This document shows positions 1 through 12,724 of a stretch of DNA of 64,000 nt, piece by piece. The notes below the pieces were generated by a model. That model did not search any database. It was not told the DNA's origin and saw only the letters and a list, made by a program, of their open reading frames with translations. This DNA is from Tubulanus polymorphus. Taxonomy: Eukaryota; Animalia; Nemertea. Location of the stretch: assembly GCF_964204645.1 (NCBI RefSeq), contig NC_134025.1:27198299-27262298 (forward strand). The letters run 5' to 3'. The stretch's first letter is position 1. Each line of letters starts with the position of its first letter. Both the position numbers and the translations under genes were made by a program.

Positions 1-899
1 ATTTTCTTCCCAATCTAATCAATCTTGAGTGTACTTAATAGAAAGTATTCATAGAAAGTAGCTTAATATTTGCCCCACCCCATTTGTCCTGCTTTTTGAC
101 CACTTCTCCATCCATCTAATTTCAGTAGATTATGTAAATTTATTGATAGACTACTGATTTAAATGGTCATCATACTCGATTTTGAGTGTTATATTTCTTT
201 TCTTCTTCCATCTCAATATAGGCCCATATATTCTCTTCCCGCGCGCAACTTCGAATGCGTGATCAAAATGCCGCTCAGTCTCGCTGCTAAAACTGGTCAG
301 AAAAATCCCTTAAACCCCAACATCTCTAATGTCTTCGATCTATTATATTGCATAAACGACGTGATATTTAAACCTGATACTCGTACCAACAATTAAAACC
401 ATTTTCCGTAGAGACAAGTGTAGTGAAAATGAAGGAATAACACCCATATACTGAAATACACGCAAAGAAAACAGCGCCAAATCTCGGAATGACAATACAC
501 GCGCTGCAGTTAAAGAGCCATAGGAAAAAAACTAGGCAAGATATCTTAAAATTTCAAAGTTCACCTAAAAGGGGGTGTTTATGCGCACAGTGCTTGATAT
601 GTTTGGATTTTTTAGAAAATTATTCCTGAAAATAACGAACTTCAAAGTTCAGTACCCTGGATTTCTATGCGCACGGCAAAATCTGACCACCGATTTTTAT
701 ATCGCTCTCATGTCGCATTGTTGTAAATTTGAGAAATGATTTTTACATAACTGAAAACTAGAGATTTATGCGGTTTGAATGTTGCTGAAGTTGTCAAAAT
801 CCATCCATGGACAGATGAAATATGATACAATACACATCACGGATAGTTTTTAAAAAAGAGAAAAAAATGACCCAACAATACGGGACAAAAGTACCCTAA

Positions 900-911
900 C
901 AAAATGGCGGC
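900..911 (+). promoter_or_regulatory. YY1/Pho-type motif
   Basis: CAAAATGGCGGC matches the AANATGGCGGC consensus. Motif match only. Confidence 0.3.
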
Positions 912-3900
912 TAGCAACTGTAAAATGGTTTATTGTTGAAACTGAAGCTCGGAACCGTTGGAAATTCCTCTTGCTTTGAGCCGATGGGAACTATGGACAA
1001 TGTGACGCGTGTTCGAATCTATCGGATCAATTCCACTATGTGTCTTATTATTGTGTCGGCACGTGACTAACACTTCGGTCCGTTTGACCACTAGAATCGG
1101 TCAGTGTCAGTCAGTTGCCGTCGGCCCGAGGCTCGAGCCAGGGGATGGTTAATGACAAGATAGACTAAGTAGGGGGTTAATTATTGTGCCCTGAAGGTAT
1201 CATTATACTAGACTTCCCAGTACCCACCCTTCTTCCTTTTGGCTGATATGGTTACTTTGTGTTGACCATACTGACCAGTCACATAGATTATGAAGAATTG
1301 TCTTTTCTCTCATTCGAGTTGATCATTTATATTTAATTTCGCGTGACCTGGTTAATCAAGACCCTATTGTCAAAACAACGTAAACCCAAGTCTCGCCCGG
1401 AGCAGGTACTTTGTTGCATCTGTTCCTCTGTTGAGTCTAGAAGCGGATATTGAACTGTTAAATCCTATGATATCTCGGAGTTTGATGAATCTTACGTGAT
1501 TGATGTCTCTCGATCGATACGATATAAAACTTGTTTGAATTGTGGCAGATGATGTTTTTCCATTAGTTGAATCAATGCCTACAAGAGATGCCTTATTAAC
1601 TGGATGAATTGTGCTTTGACTCCGGTAGAAATGGTCTATTTTTCCAACAAGATAATTCGCTACAAATGGATGTTCGGTACTCGATAATGAAGTCCACTGC
1701 GGGGGACTGTGTGCCACGTTAGCTTCAGATTGTTTGCCACCTGGGTATAAATGAATGAAAAGTCCACCACGCCGTCGATGAAATGGTCCGGCACAGAACG
1801 ATGGCGTTGATGTGACTTACGCCGCGAGCGAGTTTGTGAGGACACGCGACCTGCTGACTTAATGACGAGTGTCCTACTGAGAAAATACATCTACGAGTCC
1901 TTATGGCTTCAGCTTTCCACAAAACTCATTCTAGAATCATCCTTTTTCCGGTCGCTCCCTTGGTTCTCTTATTTTCTATAAAAAGAAAGAGTTGTTGCTG
2001 TTCAGGGTTCCGTCAAATGGAACCAATTTCCCGATTATCGCGATACGTTACTTAATTTTGTACGGAAAACTTACCGAGCCTTGAACTTTTTCATTTATGG
2101 GGGATCGATGAAGCTAATATGTTGGGCATTACTGAAGTACTAACAGGCATTCTAAATGAGATGATTTTCTATATATTCAAGTTGATGTTATCGTTTGAGA
2201 ACATACATGAAACATTGAGATTAATTTGTTAGTTTATCTGATTTGCTGACTCACTGTATTTCCTATTAAGGTTCAAATCCTGGCCGCAAATTTAACGGCT
2301 ATGGTTCGGTAGATATTACGCAGTAAGATTGATGATCAACTGTTTGGACCGAATGTAGCTTAGATATTTAGTAGCCCCTCTGGAGTAATTAATAGACAAT
2401 CGCTTAGTCAGTTATTCATAATGTTAGCATTTCACTTATAGAGAGCGCCGTGTTTGTTTTACTATCCCGTCATATGACCACGTTACCCAAAACCTGCGAC
2501 GTACTTAACATTTATAAAGATTAACGACAAATTTATTGAGTTGTTAAAGCCACGGTTTCCTGCTTTATGAAGTGCTGCACTTCTTGCGTAAGCGTCAATT
2601 TCTAAGTCATTGCGCATCGATCCTGATGTCAGACGATGATTTAAGGCATTTTAAGCACTACTTTGCTTTTGTTGTGGTCGAGTAACATTGTTATGTTGCC
2701 GCGAAGTCAGACCACTCTGATGGATGCCCGCGAAGTCAAGTGTTAAAATTCATTTCAATGAGTCACAGTTTTTGCTTCGCCTTTTGAAACAGTCTTCATC
2801 GTGTCTATAAAACGTGTTGTGCTTCAATTTTTCCTAGATATTGAAGTAGTTTGGACTAAATCAATTTTTGCGCTCATTTATGCGCGTTTTACCGTAAAGT
2901 TTTACGCGATGGCAAAGATTGCGGGTTTTTTTTCGTATCAGTCAGGCTTATTGTCCCCCGAGGACCTATCGCGACTGTTTTTGCCAGCGTAATGCGCGTT
3001 GAATAAAACATCAATACTCGCTAGAAAGTAAGAAAATGTGTTTCTCGTTTGCGTCGTTGTGACAGCACCACCTCGCCGACGATGCCGCCTCATATGCAGC
3101 ATGTTTCTGTTCATCCAGAAAATTAGTAAATGTCTCATGTTGTATTTTCTCTGATAATTTTCCCTTTGAACATGAATAACAGTGAGTTAGAGCGACTCGA
3201 TAATTATAATCGCTTCACCGCGTTCTTCCTCCTGGTCACTTTTTTCACTTCGCACTTTTCATATATTCAATATTTTCTCCTCGAGGTGAATGATTTTTTA
3301 TCTGTTCGGTTCTTCAGTATTTTACATTGATGTGAATATTTCACGTACGTTCTTTGTAACTTGTAATGAGTTCCTGAAACAGCTATTCAGTGAAATTGAT
3401 GAACTTTTTGTGATTAAAGCGACGCTGAGATGTGGCGTTGGCAGATATTAGTTGAAACTGAATGATTTTGATTATTCAACGCAATAGTTCCACTATAATG
3501 TACTACTTGTAAAACTGGTTTCGGTTCAATGGTCTGAACTGTCCAGTTGTCTTCTCATCACTTGCCATGTATGCTTAGCGGTTGGGAATTTACAGAAGCG
3601 ATTTACAGTGAATCAGTGTTGAGAGGTTTGGAGTAAGCCGATCAAGGATAGGATTTATGGGAGGCAAAATAGTTTCACATTACTACTTAAGCGTCGACTT
3701 TGGGAAGGATTTAGTAATTGCGTGCCTGTTGGCCACATCATCAAGTCTACAACAAAAATTCGCTCGCAGCTTCCAAAAGATTTTAGTCTGATATATCAGG
3801 TGATTTTTTATGGAAACTTTTGCTTATTACGGTGGGCAGATTCGATGTTTTTGAAAATTTCTAGTCACGCCTTAATTGAGTTGTATTTTACCCCGTAGCG

Positions 3901-6762
3901 TTTTAGCTCTGGCAGGAATCGCGCTTTTCGAGGCCACGTTTTTTGGCCGAACGTCTCAGTAATTATGTTATTAGCGAAAAAGCTGAAGATGCTGACGATT
4001 GACCAGAGCTGCACGGGACAATGATTCAGCGTTGCCCCGCGTCGTTTCCCCAGGTTACGATACAACAAAGGAAACGCGAGTAATTCGATTGTAAAAACAA
4101 TTATTGCTGGTAATTGTTGTCCAGAAGTAAATTACCGAAGCACAGGTCCTGAATACGCGACTGAGTCAAACGGGGGCGTTTTCATATTGAAACCGCGTAC
4201 GTACGCACGCGCGCGCGCGCTTTCTTGACAGCGAGTATTTTCTAAGGCGGGGGTCGAAACTTAAGTGAAGATAAGGCAAAACGACAAATCACTATTTCAT
4301 TAGCTAAAACTAGCCCTCGTCTTCAAGATAATCTAATTATTAATGCAGATGACGCATTACTAATTAGTTCATTAGGTGTCTTTTGTTTTATCATCAATGG
4401 CGACGGTTTCATTGTTCTAACCATCTGTCAATATGTAAAAAACTGTATTATTCATGAAAGCGTACGATCGTCCAGTTTTGATATTCTGGATCATCTAAAC
4501 ATTTTTGTCGATATCGATGATTACGTTGTAATATGATATGACCAACTGGTTACTGATCGAAGTGGTAAAAAATAGAGAATCTCTGCAAGTTACAATGATA
4601 GTGTATGACTAAGCTCTGTGTACGATCTTCCAATTAAAAGCATTTCTAAATTATTTACAATTGTGTCCTAAAACAGCGCGACTATCGTCACATTTCACAT
4701 GATTTATCGCGCTATTATTACGATTTTCGACGATGTCGAATAAATTTCGTCGTGCGTAAGTTTAATTCAGATTTACGATAATTTAATCGCGCGATGATAA
4801 TCGAGTGCGTAAATCATCGTCGGCGTGTCGACAAAGTTGAGTAATCGCAAAAAATGTAATTTCGTTCCCGAATTCAACCCACCGGACGCAATTTCATCCA
4901 TTTACAGGTGTGTTGATAAAGTTAGCTACCCTTAGGGAGGTTGAAAACCGGGAACGTGTTGATTTCCGAAGTTAGATGAACTCGGAAATGATTCATCATC
5001 GTTGCTTGTTCAGTTACAGGTGTTTTTTTCGTGCTCCGCGATTGTCAAAATATTTGTTCAAGATGCGGATGCACGTAACGCCGCGTACCTGCCGGGGTGT
5101 TATGTAAGCCGAGACGTGTTTTAGTCATGTCTCCCCGATGTCCCCAGGCGGTGATCGGTAATGCGTACTGTAACCTTACCCACAGGTTTTGTCACGCGAA
5201 CCGTGTCCGAAATTATCAGTTATGTCTCTCTCTAACTCTCTCTCTCTCTTGACTAGATCTGCGTTGATAACGAGAAGAAGAGAAAAATGATTCACTGAAA
5301 CGATAGATAGTTGGTTTGCCTCTATCTCTTACACTAATTACTAAATCTCCTCTTTACCTCGTTGATCAATAGTTTTCTCTCTTTCTACGGTTCTTTTAGA
5401 AACAGATTTTTCTCCCGCGTCGTCTTCGTCGTCGTCGTTCTTCTTCGTCGATGATGATGACTAATATATGACGAAAACATCGCGGTAATACTGCAGCAAT
5501 TTTTACGGTTTCGTCGCTCAATACTTGATCGCCTTTTGGATGTTAATTTCGCCGTCGGGATTTCATCCGAAATCGGCCTAAAACCTTTTTTTTAGACGCG
5601 TTACGCGTTCGGTAACACGAAGAATAGCCACGCGTTTCGTAATCATTTCGTCGGTCGATGATTCGCACGAATCGTTTTCTTTTCGTCTGAAATCCGATGA
5701 AAATTTGCAGCTTGAAAACTGCGTGCATGCAGCGGTGATTTGTCTGAGATGAGACACAGGTAGATGATCGGGCTTTTAAAGGATAAATGGTGATTTTGTG
5801 AAGACTGACAGGTGGCTTGTGATGTAAATGGAATGTTGTCATTAGGGGCTCGACTCGTCCATAGAAAGAACAGTTTAAATGTCAATCAGTTTTATGGTTC
5901 CTTAGTGGCCATTTATTATGTATTAATCATCGATAGATTTTTTCGCGTAAGAAAAAATTGTTTCTTTGAACTGAGCGAGGTTTTGCTGGATAAAAACATT
6001 CGCATTTTGCTAATATAAGAAATTGATCTGAAAGTAATCAGTCATGTTATTTGTTTCATCTTTGTAATCGTTCTAATTTTTCAGAATTGGTGATTAATAA
6101 TTCGAGATTGAGATAAGCTTCGAAGCGTCCAATTTCTGTTTTCATTCAGCAAAATTAATTAACCATTGATAAAAAATACATCTACGCAGCCTGTCTTATT
6201 GATGTTTGAAATATATTCCGGGTGAATTCGATCTGGATAAGATTTGTTTACCTGCTGCAGAAATGATTTGTTAAGGTATAGTCTGATTGAGTGACAAGTA
6301 TTGGATATCAACTTCATAATGAGTATTCAGTGTATGATGAATCATTGGTAATTATGTCCTACGAAAAGAATGATAATCAAACCGAGATGAAATCCAAACG
6401 AACGTTCGGCGAACGCGACTTTTGTGCGGTTTCCTGTTCAAAAACGAAGCCCGTCGTTGGCGCGGCGATGTAATGTGGTCGTTCTGTTGCGCCGAAATGC
6501 GTTGATAGCCACCTGAAAAATATCGGAAATTAATTGTTTCGAGTGAAGGTGCTGGTTAAGTATGAATCATGATGCTGAAAGAACAAGTTATTGAACTCCG
6601 ATGTTCTTTCATTACGTGCTGACACCTGATATGACAAGTTAGTGGTGTATTGCATGAGGTATATCCACTTTTTACATCATCGCCGTCTCCTCACTTACCA
6701 GGGTTTTGTTGCTGTTATTATACGAAGCCTTGTAACTGTGACTATGACTACTACAAAATGGT

Positions 6763-6912
6763 GGCTGGCCACTTACCTGGAAATCATGCAATAGTCAGGG
6801 AAATTCGATTGCGTGTAAAATCAAACAGTTTTTTCTATGTTTTATGTATTTGACTGTGTTAATTGAATTTGAATTTTTATCGAATTCTTAGCAGATCGAG
6901 TCAGGGAAAATT
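6763..6912. mobile_element. Degenerate copy of the same MITE family as 44006-44139
   Basis: GGCTGGCCACTTACCTGGAAA...GTCAGGGAAATT...GTCAGGGAAAATT shares the terminal and subrepeat motifs. The ends are eroded. Confidence 0.5.
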
Positions 6913-9900
6913 ATCGAAGTCAAATTATTCTCATTGTTGGTGAAAACAAGGTGGTTAGGTCGACTAGTGACTGTGTGACGTAGAAAATAGGCGAGTAGGT
7001 TGAATATGAATATGAGAGCTGCAACCATGAGAGACAGTCGCGTCTCTTCACAGTAAAAAGAATATGTGTGACTTATTGCAACTGGGTTCACTGGCAGTCA
7101 CAAAGTGTCGCTTAGCAAGGGTTGACGGGCCATTGCGAAACAGTCGTCACTGGAGCTGGTCGCAGAGAATCATGTTTCAATGAGTTGCATGCAGTCGCAA
7201 GGCCGACGTACACCTGGCTTTAGAGATACCAGATAGTCTGATCTGCTGATGTTGGTGAACGAGTTATCTTCAAGAATCTTAAAAAGTTTCTGTAAGAAAT
7301 CAGTCTAGCCAATCTCTGGACCGTTTAAGATAAACTCTACCAGGAATTACCCGACAAGATTTCAACCATCTGGTCAAAATCATCTCGTGCCGTGCATCAG
7401 TGATTTTTCCACTGTTCCTTTGCTTATTACCACCGAAATTCTGCCGAGTGGAAAGATTACGGTGTATGATTAGATTTCGACAGAAAAGAAATCAGTGTGT
7501 AGTGCGAAGTCTGTTGTAAGGCATTGTGACATCTGATTGACAAGGTATCCTCCCGGATTAGCAGTCCGGTAAGAATTGAACAGCGAACAATACCGGGCGA
7601 GGATTTTTGTAATGATCGCTCGAATGATTGGATCATCCCGCTGGTCAAAGCGAACACAATAGTTCGGCCGATGGAAATTGGCTGCAATATGACGGCGTAA
7701 TTTCTTCATAAGTTTCGACGACTATTTTGACAGGTCTTTGTGATTTGTTTGACTGTTAACGGACGATTCTGTTTGTCGGGCCGAAACTGAACAAATACGA
7801 CACAATACGCGGAGATGAGCTGCCATCAAAGTCAGACTGCAGTACATTTATTTGACCATTGTCTGCCAGATTTAGCCCATAAAAACTAATCAATTTCCTT
7901 ATTTCCTGCGACATGTACCAGGATTTCGGGATATTTCTGACTTTTCTTACTGAAATGACTCTCGTATTGTGCTCGAAGGCTTATGACTATTTCCGAACAA
8001 TTCCCGATAATCTGAAACCGAATGTTTTTCTTCTAATGAATCGGACCGTTTTACCTAATCAGCTTTACATAAATCGAGCAGTCGTTTCTGGTCCGTCTTT
8101 TGAAACACCCACTGGCCGATTTATCGAAGTCAATCGCCAAATAAAGTGTAATTATCTTTATAGAAAGTTTGCCGGGTTACGCAGAAAAAACAGTAACATA
8201 CGCCGTGCGTCCATTCTTGAAGAACCCGAGGTGATGAAAAATGAGTAACTCAAGCTACAACAATATCTAGATGTAATTCCATCTATACGTGCTGAGCTGT
8301 ACGCCTGACACCAGTAATAACAGATTATACCTTTACAGATATATAATAATAACATCTCTAGATTGGCATTTATTTTTTAGTGGTTTCATTTTTTCGGCGT
8401 TATCGCGATATCGGATATACAGTTTGTGAAAGTATACGTCGATAAACGCGAATTTGAAACGGGGGTTGACTCACCCGAGTCACCGGTTGTAAATTATTTA
8501 AGATGATGGACACAAGTTCGATTGTTCGCCGGGATTAAACCAGGCGCGTTGTCTAATCAATCTACCCGAATCTCCTTTTGTCGTCGTTTTTCTAGTCGAA
8601 AGTATTCGGCGTCGTCTACGTTTCGATGTAATTTCGCGTCGTCCTCAACGGAATTTGAAACCGACGGAGATTCGGTCAGCATATGCGCGTCGAAGCGAAT
8701 GTTTTTGCCAGTAGACACGGACGGACGGCGTGCGATGCTGATTATAGAATGACTGGATGAACTCGTCGTCGGGTACTGCACGCACACACGCGAAGCCCTG
8801 TTCTTCCGTCTCTTCGTCTCGTTACGTTGTTGACAATCGCCGCAATGCATCACGGGTAACGGTAGTCAGTACTCGGGGTTACACACACGCGCACAGTAAC
8901 AATGACTGTGATTAATGGAGACAACGTTCGTCGTCAAATGTGATCTTATTCTTCATCTTATACGAGAGAGACACGACAATCTTCTGAATACACCATGTAA
9001 TAGCGAGAATTTATATATCACGGGACATTGTTACTCAATATTGTTGTATATATCTGATTTGATCGTAGGTAAGCTTGTGCTTTTTATTCTCAAATAACTT
9101 TTTGCACTTATATCTCGAGTAGCCGGTAACATTTGTCTGTAACGCACGCAAATCGACGTTTTCTCCGTGCTGTCGGGTCAGATATTTTTCTCTCTGGTTA
9201 GAAATGAATGTTCAGTCGAAAAAATGATTCCATTCATAAAGAAATGAAGGTATTCCAGCCACGTGGTGCCACATTTTTTGATTCAGAAGTTCTTTTGAAT
9301 CGCGCATTTTTGTAAAAGACGGTCCATTCAAATGTAAGTGCGATGCTGGTATATACATGGTTTCTCATGTAATGCTACAAGGATAAGTAGCAAGTTTGAG
9401 AATGAAAATATTGCCACTCTATTTACTTATCAACTCGGTTCATTGTTATAAAATCACTGAATTAGCTTGAATAGCCCACAGCGAGGGGTCTAAACAAATA
9501 GGAGCCTACAGCCGCCCGGGCTTAGTTTCTGGTGAATCAGAGCACAAAAAAGAAGATTTTTACCTGGGGGTGGATTTAATCTACCCACACGTAACGTACC
9601 TAGTGAGAGATTATTTCGGATTAAATTTCATGAAAGCTTTTAGAAAATTCAACGCCGCAATAGCCCCCTGTGAAGAAGACCTTTTAATACTTCATTAGTT
9701 CCTGCGATGACGACCATATCCAAAAACGGCATTTGTGAAATACCCTTAGCAGGTTCATAAGAATTAACCTTCAAATAACCCCTAATATAATAGATATCTT
9801 ACTGCAGTCAGTGTTTTACATTGTAAGTCTTTTTCAAGTGTTTTCTTGATGAAAGTTTCTTTTGGATGAAACCGTAGATATTCAAACTATTGTTTGTTCC

Positions 9901-10479
9901 TGTGAACTTTAACTAATGTTTCGTCGAGGTTGATGTTAATGGTTTCAAACCGATGTCATATGTTTCTTACGTAAATGATGTTGTCAAATTTGTTTTAGGT
10001 CTAACAGCGACCTGAGAGCCCTTGTCAAATCCCATAAGGAAAGGTAAATGCAGAATCTGTTTAGCTCTGAGGTACGGTTTAGTCTGAAAATCAAATAATT
10101 GAGTTTGATGTGAGTGCTGTACCCGACCGAGTTCAATCTCGCTGACGGCCATTTTAAGTTGTCACATGTCATCAGCAGAGCGGTTTGAATTTCCCCGCTA
10201 GTTTAAACATGTCTTGGCCAGTTGAAAGAAAAGATATCGCTGCGGGCAATTTTGAAATGTTACCTGAAGTGGATTGGGGAACTTAAGACGAAAATAATGG
10301 TTGAAATATCATAGCTGTTCATTTTAATTTCCTGTATTTTATGGCTCCATTATCAATTTTGGTTTGAAGTATGTCTTTGTTCTTCATTCAGCTTGTGATG
10401 AGATGATGCATCTATGTTTTAATGACTTGATCAGGTCGTTTCTGTGTTTTTTTCGAGGTGTCCAGGAGTTTGCCACACT

Positions 10480-10760
10480 TTTCGTGTAAGATCTGGCTCT
10501 GGTCAAACTGGCCCAGACCAGATCTAAATTTGGCGCGTGTCTAATTAAAGAGCGCATTCGCACAGAAATCACTCACTCATCCCTAAAATACCGTATGATT
10601 TAACATGTGCTAGAATTTGGCATAGGCTTGATCCAACGTTTCTAGTTCGGTAAGTTTGGCCCTGTTTGGCCTGTGTCGAACAGCCACTGACTCATTTGGT
10701 AACAGCAGGAGCAGTTGGTCTGCACCTAATCCGGCATAAGTGAAATTTTGCGCAGGTCAA
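10480..10760. mobile_element. Old degenerate interspersed repeat related to 12398-12724
   Basis: AAACTGGCCCAGACCAGATCTAAATTTGG, ACTCACTCAT and TTTGGCCTGTG occur in the same order as in the 12.4 kb copy. Confidence 0.4.
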
Positions 10761-12397
10761 AATCACTGCTTAAAAACATGTGTGATTATTTGGCATTTTT
10801 GTTACTTGTTATTTTACACGTGAGTTGATATCATCATTGGAACCCGTGAATCACTTCGTTACGTGTAGACGCTGGCGCTCGGAGGTCTAGTTGAAATTTA
10901 AATTGTCTTTAATACAATTGATGCCAATAATCAATAAATGCGTACCGTCACGTCATCGGTGGTGGAGGAGGAGGAGGAAAAGGAGGAATATCACGTGTAT
11001 TCGTATACGCGTATTGTCAATGTAACGACACATTGTCAGCATCAATCAATTCATAGAGTCGTGGCTACCTGCGGTAACTCAGTGCACCCGATGATGATGA
11101 TGATGAAAATATAATTGCTGGTTCACATCGATTTTGTAGTCGTCAATATTTTTATACTCGTGTCTATACAGAAGAAAGTGGTTGAGATCATCTTTTTTGA
11201 AATACTGTCACTGCTTCGGTGTAACGAGCACGCAGGTCGGCATCTCCCTGATGGAACCATGTTTAGGTTCATAAACTTCAGTCGCTTGCCGGTTCAGACT
11301 CAATGAGAGGCTGTTTACCTGAAACCGGAACCAAAATTTCCAATCATGTGCTTCAATTTGAATATTATGCACTCTGATATCTGATAAGTCTAAGCCCCTG
11401 CTCTGTTCCCACAGAGAAGTATGGTGGGGTTAGTAAGGAACAGATGACAGACTGAGTAAATACTATAAAAGCTTGGGTGCTAGAAAATCTGTTCATTGAT
11501 GTGGTGAATCCAGGAATTTAGAAAAGGTGCTGCCCTAAAGTTTATAGGCCTAGTTAGTCGTATATTCGATGAAAACCTGAATCATTTTCTGAGCATCGAG
11601 ACTGTCACTGTCTGTGTTACTTTCTTAAGTAGTTTATACAACTGATTTTATCTTGGCAAAAAATCTAAAATCCATCCGTGCGTTGAAACCATCAAGAAAT
11701 TGATCACATTTTCCAATTTGCTTCGAAATATTCAATAAATCGTTGTATTCTCCGCGTTATAACGAGGTTCTTGTATACGAATAATCTTATCTCTTTTCTG
11801 TGGTTTTTCACATCAGTGCGATTAAAAGTTTTCTAAAAAAAAAAGAACTGCTCACGCCGATAATGGTTATTCATATTTCGTCGGAAATAATCTTAAAAGG
11901 CAGAAAGTCTCGGCTGATATCTTGCATCGGCGCCTTTTCCGGTTTTATTCTGTCGAGCTTCGGCGCAATATGATAAGAATTATTTTTCATTTCATTTGAA
12001 ACTTTTCAACTGGAAAATGCCAAATGGCGCCAGTGTTAGCGCCTTAACCAGTGCTGTCAATGTAAAACGTGATGATACGAGGTCGGATATTACCTGTATA
12101 TGGTAGCTGATTCTAGTCCTGTCATATTATCATTGCCTGCGGGTATCATCTTCTGCCATTGTTATGTTAATTCTTGTGATTTCCTACTTTTTCTTGGCGT
12201 CTTTGTCTTTCAGGGTCACGCGGGTTATTTGCATGAAATAGAGTTGGCAATTCCTGCTGCAATCATAAGTAACTAAGTTATGGTATAAGTTGGTGATTGC
12301 GAGCCGTAATCGCTAGTACGGTAAACGCAATCAGCTTTTTACGATTCATTATCTGAAATAATTTCTTGCAGGTTTTGAGCTGAAAATTATCAGCCTT

Positions 12398-12724
12398 AGC
12401 CGCGATCACGCGGATAGGATTGGCCTGAATCGAACTGGTCGGACCAGACCCCGAGTCAAATTTGTCCCATGCTTCATTAGTTATAAATTACTCGCTCATT
12501 ACTAAAGATGTTGTCAAAATGATGCTCTGGCAAGTGAGTGAGTCATTTACAGAACCAGGTAGCATTTACATGATGTAATTCGACCCCTGCTTAAATTTGG
12601 CTGGGTCAGATTTGGCCTGTGCCAATCAGGCTCGCATTAGCATCAGTGTGAAAGTTTGGCCTGGACCTCATCTTGAACACGCCCCATTTCAGGCCCAGGT
12701 GAAAAATGCTAGTGCGATCTGGAC
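12398..12724. mobile_element. Old degenerate interspersed repeat, probably a MITE
   Basis: Ends AGCCGCGATCACGC and AGTGCGATCTGGAC. Shares AACTGG..GACCAGA..AAATTTG and TTTGGCCTGTG with 10480-10760. A similar right end, AGTGTGATCATGGCT, lies at 34622-34636. Confidence 0.45.

Noticed and set aside
985-1066. CxxC peptide (GQCDACSN) as the missing upstream KIF26 exon
   Set aside because: Lacks the LKRQA motif, is bounded by stop codons, and has no good splice sites.
1370-1922. Three overlapping minus-strand ORFs
   Set aside because: No recognisable protein, even when the 115-aa frame is extended to its upstream stop.
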